Source: Tricharina praecox
Taxonomy: Eukaryota
DNA: 64,000 bases
Assembly: GCF_024521635.1 (NCBI RefSeq)
Contig: NW_026250419.1
Location: 248,001 to 312,000, forward strand
Reading direction: 5' to 3'
Shown in pieces: positions 38,901 to 49,612 of the stretch (the stretch's first letter is position 1; each line of letters starts with the position of its first letter). A program made the translations under genes and the position numbers. The notes under the pieces were generated by a model. It saw only the letters and a list, made by a program, of their open reading frames with translations, made no database searches and was not told where the DNA came from.

Positions 38901-41900
38901 GATCAGGTGACTCAGCACCGATGATGAGTGTTCGAGGGCGCAATCGCTCTGGGCCGGGCAGAAGTCGATAGCCTTAGGCTGGTGACGAGGAGCCTAGCAG
39001 CGATGCGGTGATGGGGTGAACAAAGAAGGCATCGTGCGGCATACACCACGACCGTTGAAGTTGGATGGATCGGATCGGAACAAAGCAACACCGTTCGCAC
39101 GTGATGGAGGATTTAAGGTTTTTTTGCAGGGTTGGCGAAAGCGACATCTGTTTCACACCGCAAACCGGTTTTTGCATCGTGGAACTCGTGTGGGTTGCAC
39201 AGGGACTCCGCTTTCCCGAACTTCCCCTACTCACAGCCTGAGGATGACAGATCAGCTCCTATCCCTCAGCCTCGTCGGCCTACGATCCCTCCTCCCCCCT
39301 CCCTCCCCCCTCCCTCCCCCCTCCATCCTCCCCCCAGCTCACCCAGAGTCAACTTTAATCCGACGTCGTGGAGCGGGTGTTTTCCCGTTCTCCTCCTCTC
39401 ATCCCATCGCTCTCCGTCCAGCCTTGTCTCCCACCTCAGGCACCCACCATCTACTATACGGCCATCACCACCTGCTGCACCTACCTTCACCACCGCCACC
39501 ACCGCCTTCGCTCCGTCATCTCTCCCATCGCATGCTACCGATTTGTATATTTTACCCGCTGCTATTTGCTGGAACGAAACACGTCACCCCCCACCAGGCT
39601 TCTCGAGCCGCTCGAAATATGTGATGGTGCTTGTTCAGGGAACGCAGGGAAAAAAATCCATCCAGTCAGTGCGTGCGTTGTCGTCACAGCCCACTCACCT
39701 CACACACACCCACGCACACACATCCCATCATCCATCCTCTTCCCTCACGATCGCCCAACCACCCCTCCCCGCTGCGGGGCAGAATCGCAGGATTATCGAC
39801 TGGCTCTCGACTTATCATGTATGTAAGGAGGAGGTGGAGCAGGAGCAGGAGCAGGAGCAGGCGGCATGTACATGGACACACGGAAAGTGCGAAGCACACC
39901 ACCTACACAGTGTTCACATCCAACGTACCTACGTGTCGCAATCCGAGTCTCACGCCCTCTGCACGTTCACCGGCCGGTCTTGAAATCCTGAGAAGAGGAG
40001 AGAGAGACAGTGGGAGTCAGGACGTGGTGGATCCCCTCACTCGCCAAAAACCTCACCACTTTGTGTGCGCGCGCGGATGTGGGTGTGTCTAGAGTATGCG
40101 CTCACTGCTAACTAGTAGCTAACGAAATGCCCTCTACTCTGGGCCAGAACAAGTGTTAAATATGGGGCGTGCGGGCGCTGCGGAGTCGGTCGTGTGTTCT
40201 GGAAGTGCTGGGCCGGCAGCCAGACGGGAAAATTAAATCATTCGAAGCGAAGCCACACTCGTTCGTCGCTCGCCCGTCTGTCCGTTCGCGCGGCAAGTCG
40301 ACCGAAGCAGCAGCACAGGTTTCGACATCAAAACGACACGCTGCTGCTGATAATCGTGAGACCGACACTGACTTGCGGTCCGTCCGTGCGTCCAGTCGGT
40401 TCTTTATCTCGGATCCGTTTACCTCAACAACAGCAACAAGGCCCAGGATCCCCTTGAAGCCTTGGACGCTGGAGCTGTACCTTACCCACAACAGGCAGAA
40501 CGGTGTGCATTCACGCGCGAAGATGCCCAATCACCCACATCATAGTTACTTACCCACCCAAGTACCTACTTGCCTACCTACTCTACAGCCGGGTCTGATC
40601 TTTGGTGCCCAACCGACAGAGGGAACATTCTGTGTGGCCGACACGACACGACCTGGCCTGCTGCCCATGTCCCGCGCAGCCTGGGACACAACGAATCTTG
40701 CGACCGGCCAGGATGCTGCAGCGTTAGAGCGACAAATCCACTGAGTTGTCCACTGGTCTGCAGGTTGCCCAGCAACCAGAACCCCAAAGGACTCGTCCAT
40801 ACGCTGCTGCCTCATGCTGCTATAAAGCGGATGGGTGTCATCATAGCCAGACTCCGCACAGCCTTCAAGAACGATCCTACACACACACCTAGAGTACTGC
40901 AAAGTGTGCATGGCGCCGATGGGTGCGATTTACAAGCCCACTCCACTTTATCTTCAACGACGCGAGCGGGACAATTTTACTAGCAGTGCGTAGAGTATGT
41001 AAAATGACTCAAGGACAGCCGATCACAGGATGGATGATGAGTGACAGAGAGGAACCGAGCACTACTGCCACTGCCACCACCAAAACCACCACTACGCACG
41101 CTTGCGACGTTCGCTCGCTCGTGGCTGCATACATATCCAAGCAAGTGCTCATGTATGTAGGCAGCATATGTTGAGCAGGTAAACGAGCATCCGCGTCTTT
41201 TCGCGGCTTCGGTAAATTGGAAGAAGGCTCTGGCACTCTTGGCTGTCAGTGTGATCCGCAGATCTCACCCGGTATGAGCTCGATACTCTGCTGGCATGGC
41301 ATCCACTCGGCCCGGGAAGAAGACGTATCCAGATGACTTCCCCAGTGTCGCTCGCTCGCGACTTTCTTGACGGAGGTGGGAATGCTGTTCCACTACATAT
41401 CATAGTACCATGGCTAACATTGTGATTGTGCCGGACCGTAGGCAGAGTACCAAGAGCAACAATAATGTTTCTCGGACCGTCTCCGTCACCTAGAGTGTAG
41501 TACACCTTGGGGGAGACGGAGGGACCGGGAAAAGTGGTGTCGAGCGACCGACCGGATTAACGGGGGGTGGAGGATGAGGGCCTGAATTTCGGCTGCAACT
41601 CTGCAACACTCGGCGACGATCGTATGTAGATAGTTCCTCTTTGTCGAAGTTGGAAGGAACGGAAGGACGACACAACAGAAGGCCTTTGTTTCGCGAGATT
41701 TGAAACAAAGGGAAGCTCCTCACTATGACCAGGATTATACGCCAGGATAGGTAGAGTACACGACTGTTTACAGTTAGCATATATATGGGCGTCCCGATAG
41801 TCGGGAAGGGGGGGAGGGAGGACCGGCGTATGTAACCAGTTGAAATTGAGCGCCAACCTCAATCTACGGGCTCGTTCATTGGTCATGTCTTGCAGACATC

Positions 41901-42484
41901 CCTGGAGAAAAAATTCTCACGTTTTAAAATTAGGAGGTTCATTTCGGTGGCTTCCTTCTTCTTCGCTACCTGTTTGTTTGGTGGATCTGGCTCTCTCTCT
42001 CTGCCCGAGCTCTCTTTCACGACTCACTCACTCTGGTTCAAGTGCTCACTTGCGAGGAATACTGTGCCTTATATTAGACGGGCGAATGGTAAGGACAGGC
42101 TGGAATGCGTCAGTCCCGCAATGCTGCTGAGGGAGCATAGCATTGGTATGTATAGTATTGGGTGAATGTGAATGGGGGGAGGGGGGGGGTGAATGGCGGG
42201 AGTGGGAGTGAATGGGGGCGCAGGCGGCGACGAGAGCTGACGAAAGTGAGTAGGGAATAGAAGAGAAGAATCTTTCCATCGGGCACACCGTCTTGGTTAG
42301 TTCCATTTTACGAGTTTGGGGGGTTGCAATTATACCCCTGCCCGCACGCTGCCGGAAAAAGCAACGCACATGAGAATTGAAACCATTCTATGGAAGTGGA
42401 GCAGGCACTGGAAGAAGGCGGAACGATATCGCTCGCAGCTGCTTCGGTTGCTGAGATATCCAGCGAGTATCGACGCCGCTAATG

Positions 42485-42604
42485 CACACACACAGAGAGA
42501 GAGAGAGAGAAACAGCGAGAGGAACACAGAGAGAGAGAGAAACAGCGAGAGGAACACAGAGAGAGAGAGAAACACACAGAGAGAGAGAAACACACAGAGA
42601 GAGC
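42485..42604. repeat. Complex CA/GA minisatellite (units such as AACACAGAGAGAGAGAAACAGCGAGAGG)
   Basis: Visible ~30-bp and ~18-bp duplicated units built from GA and CA dinucleotide runs. Confidence 0.85.
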
Positions 42605-43324
42605 ACTGCCAGAGCTGCTTCTTCACCTCTGTTTTCCGCACACTCGTCTTCTGTGGCGGAAACGGATTGCAACACTTCGATCCGTGGCCTCATTTTCTTC
42701 TCGTTTTCCCTATCGACAGTCTGCATCTAGCCTTGCCCATTCAACCACACCGAGTCCCAGATGCACAGGGGTGCTGCACCAGAGTCTAGCCTAAGTCTGG
42801 CCGTGTGGACTCCTGTGAGCCGGGTCCGCCCTCCCTGGCCCAGGGTCACAATGTCGCCCTCCCACACCTGCGGAAATCCGCACAAGATTTCTTGGGTGCA
42901 GGTATCTATATATTCCGGGTGCGCACCCCCCGCCTTGCGCACAACTTCGTTTCTTCCTTCAACATACCCAACCGTCATCCAGACTCCGACGATATCATCG
43001 TGCATCCAGCACCAGAACGAAGAATTACGGACTTCGCTTCTAGCTCACCATCATCCTCCAAAGTGGATATCTCCAACACTTCACGAACACTAGTTCTCCG
43101 ACCGTTGCAGACTCGACTTCCTCGACGATTGTTTAGGGATCGTTATAACTCAGCCGTGCAAACATATCCCACGCTCCACATCCACCACATTACATGTTAG
43201 AAACACGAGCAGAATCATCACCCTAACCTCCTCTCCCCTCTCCATCCCTCCAACTTCGATTCAACAGCGCATCCCAATCACAACCTTCACGCTTTCCTGG
43301 CGCCATTTCGAGGGCTCCCCACAC

Positions 43325-44748
43325 ATGCAGTTCGAACAACCAACCTATACGCAGCCATTTGGGTATCCCCAAGGCACCTACTACGCCAACACCCAGCCGG
43401 GAATGCCTCGGCCCGGACAACAATACTTTGAATCAGGATACGGAGTCCCCACCCCGGCTCCTTCTCCCCGAACCCCATCTTCTCGTCGCCGAAGCAACAC
43501 GCAAGAACCAGCATTCATGGGTGCCGAATACGTGAAGCGACCATCGTCGTCGCGAAGGCACGAGAGCTACAGCGAGTTCGAGCCGCATCGATCCACCACC
43601 TCCCCTCGTCCCGGAACCAGTCACAGTCACGGGCGATCACAGCAAGGCTACATGCACACGCCTCTCCACACGCCTCCCCCATCGTCTCACGCTCATCATG
43701 GCACTCCGATGCCCAACATCTACGCCTACGGGTTCCCTCCGGGTTCGACCGGCGAATACGTAAGTTCCTTTTATACATATCCATATTCATTCACTCCGGT
43801 CTTTGGACCAGGACGGTGGTCAGTACGGCGTCAGGGCCAGCAAGGAGGAGCTATACCCTCAGTGGCAGCAGCAGGAGCGGCGACAGAAGCAGACCCCAAG
43901 CTCGTGACGCCGCCACTATCGTCCGAATAGACACCTCAGAAACTCTGCTGACTCGTTCTCGCACCCAGTTTGTTCCTCCTAGTTACACGCCGGCCCCTGG
44001 TCCCCAATCGCCCCCGCCGTTCGTCGCCGAGGGTCGCCGCTCCCGCTCCCACCAGCGCCGCGAGAACACATGGTCCGGTGAGAACTCGCCGCGCTCGCCC
44101 CCCCGTACCAGTTCCGCCAAGCCGCCGCCGCCACCTCCAACTCGGTCGGCCACCGAAGGCGGTAGCCTCGATGCGGACGAGCTCCGTCGCAAGGCCGCCG
44201 AGGCCGGTATCCCGTCCGACTACTCCCTCAAGAACTGGGACTCCAACGAGAGGCCCATCATCCTGCTCGGCTCCGTCTTCGATGCCAACTCGCTCGGCGA
44301 GTGGGTCTTCAACTGGACCAAGTTCCACCACGGCCGCACCCACGAGGCCACCCGCACTGCTGGTGGGCTCTGGGAGCTCCTCATCGAGCTGAGCTCCAAG
44401 CTTAAGCGCGCCCGTGACTTTTTCGGGTCCATCCGCACTCCCGAGAACCGCGAGATCATCGAGGAGTTCATGGAGAGCGGCGAGAGGCTGTGGCACAAGC
44501 TCAAGAACCTCCTCAAGTCCTGTGAGGAGTACATGTGGACTGGCGCCAGGCGCGTCAACTCGCCCAAGCACACCGAGACCAAGACTAAGGTCCAGATGGG
44601 CAAGCAGTCGGGTGCCGAGTTCGTCGATGCTATGTTCAACGGCGAGAAGGAGTGGGAGAAGACCGAGAGATTGATGAGGGGTATGGCCATGTGGTGTCAT
44701 CGCTTCCAGGTCAACTGCGAAGAAATCCTCAAACATGCCGACGCCTAA
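43325..44748 (+). CDS. Conserved-looking fungal protein of unknown function (~404 aa): Ser/Pro/Arg-rich N-terminus plus folded helical C-terminal domain
   Basis: Exons 43325-43759 and 43969-44748 (GTAAGT...GCTGAC...CAG, phase 0). Strong codon bias in exon 2. The block GIPSDYSLKNWD...PIILLGSVFDANSLGEWVFNWT...LWELLI...FMESGERLW...CEEYM resembles a Pezizomycotina hypothetical family I recall being auto-labelled 'vegetative cell wall protein gp1' (unverified). Confidence 0.85.
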
Positions 44749-45359
44749 ATCAACACCTCCTTGTCTTTTTCTCTGTCTCTCTCTTTCCCCTCCGCACCCG
44801 CCTTTAATTCCTATGTTTACCTCTCTTCCCTTCCGGTTTGAAATCTTTTAGATGGTGGCGTTTTACCTTTCTACGTATACCCCTCCCTCCAACGTCTTCG
44901 CTTCTAATCATGTTTTATCCACAACTTTATTCTCCTTCTATTCGTATATCATGTCAAGTTTTTCTGGGCTTCTTTTGGGGGGCGCTCAAAAGCAAATGTT
45001 TTGAATTGTTTGCTCTTTTCATTTTCATTTCCCTTTTCCCTTTTCCTTTTCTTTCTTGGGCCTGTACTACTATTCTGCATTTGTCTATTGTTGTTTTTTG
45101 GGGAAACTTTGGCTTTTCCGGGAAAACACAAAAGTTTCTTGTCTGTTTTTTTCCTCTTTCGGTTGGGGTGGGGTGGGAGGTTTTTGTTTTAACATTTTTT
45201 TCTTTTTGGGTCTGTGTCTGTGTGTGGTGGTGTGCATTCGATGAATGGGGGACGGGGTGGTTTTATCAAATCTTCCCTTGCCTGTTTTGTTTTCTCTTTT
45301 GCATGCTGGGTGCGGTGGATCGTTGGTTGGCTGTTTGTCTTTTTTGTCCTTTTTTTTTT

Positions 45360-45470
45360 GTTGGTTGTTTCTTTTCTGTTGGTTGTTTCTTTTCTGTTGG
45401 TTGTTTCTTTTCTGTTGGTTGTTTCTTTTCTGTTGGTTGTTTCTTTTCTGTTGGTTGTTTCTTTTCTGTT
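45360..45470. repeat. 18-bp tandem repeat (GTTGGTTGTTTCTTTTCT)x6 in probable 3' UTR
   Basis: Six perfect copies at 45360-45467 plus a partial copy, within a long T-rich tract downstream of the 43325-44748 gene. Confidence 0.95.
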
Positions 45471-47321
45471 CTTGTTCGAAGATACCCTTTTCTCTTTTCT
45501 CTTTTTCTTTTCTCTTTCTTGATGTTTTCTTCTTCTTTCTGCACCTTTCTTTCTTCCTCGTCACGTTTTTAATCAGCTGTAATTATGTCTCCCCTTCTTG
45601 TTTTCTCCCCCCTCCTCCTCTCTGTCTGGTTTTGGGTTCGTGGTCTGGATGGTTGGATGGATGGAATTCGCGTGCGCACTCGCCGCTCAGTCTCAGTCGT
45701 TGGATGGATGGTATATGAATGGGGCCGCCTTTCCGAATTATTTTTTAGGAAACGGCCGGTCGGAGGTGGTGGTGGTGGGATCTTGCTTGTCGACGGGAAT
45801 GAACGAACGGGAATGGGATCGGTGGAGGGGGGGAAATGGGATACGGAACGGGAGGAAATGGGATATGGAACGGTATGAGGTGGTGGGATATATGGGTGGG
45901 ATATAAGGGAGGAAGGAACATGGGATGGTGGATTGAATGAAGGTTCGGATCTGATGGATTTCCTTTTTTCCTTATTTTTTTCCTTGCTGTCTGTCGTGGT
46001 TCGTGGTCAATGGTCATGTATGAGAGGATGGAGGATGATTGGGGATTCCCTTTGTTTGGCTGCCTATGGAAATGACTACTTTTTCTTCTTCTTTCTACCT
46101 TACCTTACTCTACCTTACTCTACCTTACCTTACCGTACCGAAAAGAAAACAAAAAAAACTCTGAGCTGGTCTCACCAAAAACAAAGTTCTTCTCACTCCC
46201 TCCACCTGAGCGTACGGCGGTAAATACCTTATGTACGTATGTGTGCCCCCAACATCATCGTCATCACTCTGCAGAACCCAATCGAATTGGATTGGGATTG
46301 GATCGAATGGGATTTTGCCTGCTCGCCGCGTTTTGGAACCGACCGACCTGGGCAGGACAGGGCAGGTCAGAGGAGCAGTGATCGTCCGGCAGCAACCGCT
46401 CTTGTCGCCCACGCACGCACGTACTCGTACATGAGTACCGTATGTAACTCAAGGTTTCACGGGCATGACAAGACACCACCAACTCCTCTCTTCTCCTGGG
46501 AAACCCAACACACTGGAGAAAAAGTTTTCGTACCGCACGAAAGGCACAGACCCTCCCCCCCTTTTCCTTCGTTGACTCATCCATGTAACGAAACAAAACC
46601 CCTTTCCCTCTCACCCGAGTCCCAAGTGCTGTGGATTGTCGATTGTTGAAAAAGTTTTTTCGCACACAAATCTCTCTCTGTGTGTGTGTGTGTGTGTGTG
46701 TGGTGAGAAAATAGCCTGTGTATCTAGAGAACCTAGCGAGGGGAAGGGAACGAGAGTCCGTGCGTAAGTACCCTCCGTACCGCACCGTACTCTACCGTAC
46801 CGAAGCAAGCTGGGAGGGAGGAGGGGGGATCCTTGCTTTGCTTTGCTTGGGGAAGCTGGCTTAAGGAGCTGGCTCAGAGCTGCTGCGGCGTGGCGTCATC
46901 GCGGGTTCGCGTGAGGACTTGGGGCTTGAGCGGGATACCTAGGCGGAGGATGTAAAGTGGCACGCTCAGCTCACCTCTCGAGGGTCGAGGATACTACGGC
47001 TCGCGGGTTCGAGGGGGTTCATGGAGGGGTCCGATGGGTTCCTTGAGGGGGAACGTGCTACCTCCGCTCCATCTGAGTGGAGACTGAACATTCAGCATTG
47101 ATTGAAGTGGGGTGTTTGTGCGTGTGTGCGTGTGTTGATAGCGGGCGCAGGGCGCATGGCGGGGTGGATTGGAGTTGCTATCCACTATCCAGACTCCAGA
47201 GCTCCTCGCAGCCTGAGAATGGAGATGCTCAATCTATCTAATCTATCTATCTACCTATCTAGGTTCTGTCTATCGGTCGGCACGCGCAAATGTCGAGACT
47301 CGAGACTCGACGGATGGCCAA

Positions 47322-47396
47322 AGGTGGAAAGCCAGGTGGAATGCCAGGTGGAAAGCCAGGTGGAATGCCAGGTGGAAAGCCAGGTGGAATGCCAGG
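47322..47396. repeat. 24-bp higher-order repeat (AGGTGGAAAGCC AGGTGGAATGCC)x3
   Basis: 12-bp monomers strictly alternate A/T at one position; three perfect dimers. Confidence 0.95.
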
Positions 47397-48878
47397 CGGT
47401 GCCGGCGGCGGCAGCTGGGTGAAGAGGTACAGTAGTTCGTTAGTAACTTGCCTCTTACCTAGCTCGTGCACGCCTGCAGATTTATGGTCGGGGACAGTTG
47501 TAACTTGCAACTTTGCAAACAGCGATGCTAGGAATTGGGGATACCTAGGTGAGCAAGCACTTGTGTATGAGGTAGGTTAAGAGGTATGTACTCTAGCAAT
47601 CAGGGCTGCAACAGTCGCCAAGAAAGAATAGGTAGGTAGAAGGTCCCGGGTCCGAAGCTCGAGCAAACGGATGGGTGGAAGCCTGAAGGACGGCCGTATG
47701 TACGTGTATGCGCGTGGGCTCTGTGAGCCAGCCAACCAGCCAACCAGCCGTCTCCGACCTCGAGATGCCGTCCGCGATCCTCGGTCGGGCCGAAGCGATT
47801 CCATCGAGCAGTATGTACATACATCCCACCTATACCTATACCTTCTATAGGTAAGTGGTTAGTACTGCAATGACACCTATGGTTAGTTACCATACCGTAG
47901 CCGCCGATTCTTCCCGACGAGACGAGACAAAAGAACGCAAGGGCTAGATACTAGTAGGATCGAACGAAGCGGTGGCGCTTTGCAGGCTCAGGCTCAGGCA
48001 CAGGGCAGGGCAGGGCAGGGCAGGGACTAAGGGCAGGATTGGAAAGGAAGTGAAGTGAAGTGAAGTAAAAAAGGCCTCGTTGTGAGGGGTTCGGTCGCAG
48101 AGATGCAAAAGAAACGAAACAGCCAGGCGAGTAAGTGATGAATTCTTCGCTCGACAGGCCGACTGGCCGACCGCTCACTCACAGCACGGGAGAACCTGCT
48201 GCCGCTGCATTTGCTTGATTCCCACGTCCACATCCGCGCGCTGGCTGTTTCCTGTTGCAGTCTTTTCTTTCTTTTTTATTCCTTTTGCAGTCTTTTTTTC
48301 CTTTTTTCCTTTCCTTTCCTTTCCTTTCCTTTCCTTTTTATTTGTATCTCGTGCAGCAGCCGCAGTGTGTTTCAAAAAGAGCGACGGTGACGAACGAATT
48401 TCTGTGACCTCCCCCCCTCCTTCCCTCCTCTCCTTGTGCTGCATGAATGTGACCCCCCCCCCCCATCCACTCGCCCCGCTTCGAATTTTTCTTCCCGCTC
48501 CGTCTTTCGTCTTCGTCTTGGAAACTCCGGGCTGCCGCTCGATGCTTGAATCCGGGGCTTTAACTATTTGCAATGCCTACTAGGTCCGTAACTATGCCGT
48601 ACTCGCTCCGCTGACGCCGTTGCTTCAGCCTTCGCCTTCGCGGCGTGGTTGTGTATGTAGAGTATTACCGACCTTGCCCATGTCCCACGAGTGGAGAATG
48701 GTTATTTTCGTTTAGGCACGCGCAAGCAACAGGTATGATGTAACAAGTATCCCGCCCCGCCCCGTTCCCGCCCTGGTCCCGAGCTCTTCCCGAGGTCTTC
48801 CCGGTCGGCGCGAATACATACATGTCTGGGTAATAGTACGGTGGTTATCGAAAATCGAAAATTCTCCTCCGTGCGCCG

Positions 48879-48879
<1 letters not shown>

Positions 48880-48927
<48 letters not shown>
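48880..48927. repeat. Hexamer microsatellite (GAGTGA)x8
   Basis: Direct inspection of the sequence. Confidence 0.9.
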
Positions 48928-48928
<1 letters not shown>

Positions 48929-49554
48929 TGGGAGTGTGACTGCGAGCTTGTGGTGGTGCTGCTGGTTCAGTCGGCCGGTGGGTGTCGATCAACACGCCGT
49001 GCATGTGCCTGTGCTTCTGTGCCGCTGTAGCAAACACCCAATACTCGTAGAAGAAGGCTACATGTGCCCATTGCCCAGTGCCCACTTGTCTAGCGGTGCA
49101 TAGGTCAGACTCAGAGGTATGTAGAGTACCTACTCTAGAGTACCTATATCATGTACTCTATTATCCAACTTGGATATGCATGCAGATAGCTACCTACTGG
49201 TGTGCAGATTGGTAGGTATGTATGCAGCAGCCTTGATTGCTTCTCGTTTAACCGCCATGCAGATTGTTACTGGTATATATGCAGGCGCCAATGGTTATGT
49301 GGTTGGGCACAGACTGTAGATACATAAATACGTTTCCGGCGCTTCTGAGCTGCTTACTCTGCGTATGTTTGTGTATGTGTGTCCTGACTCTCGAGGTTTT
49401 ATTTTGTTTTGTTTCCCGGTAGGCGTCGACTCTCGAGCCGTTTCACGTCAGGCTCGGGACTCAGGACTCAGGCTGCGGCTGATCGCCGGCTACTGGTTAG
49501 CGCTGCTTGGTATGTATCATATGCAGTTGGTTCGTCGTCGAGGCGCGCGGGGCA

Positions 49555-49612
49555 GATGGAAGGATGGATGGAAGGATGGATGGAAGGATGGATGGAAGGA
49601 TGGATGGAAGGA
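49555..49612. repeat. 12-bp tandem repeat (GATGGAAGGATG)x~4.8
   Basis: Direct inspection of the sequence. Confidence 0.9.

Noticed and set aside
39016..39983. Overlapping 200-280-aa ORFs in the 13-kb spacer
   Set aside because: C-rich low-complexity DNA is naturally stop-poor; several frames are open at once with no protein-like signal.
45360..45470. Tandem arrays as possible CRISPR-like repeats
   Set aside because: Head-to-tail copies without unique spacers, no cas genes, eukaryotic context.
44838..45718. Hydrophobic 244-aa and Lys-rich ORFs with repeated hexapeptides
   Set aside because: Translation artefacts of the T-rich tract and 18-bp tandem repeat; no codon structure.
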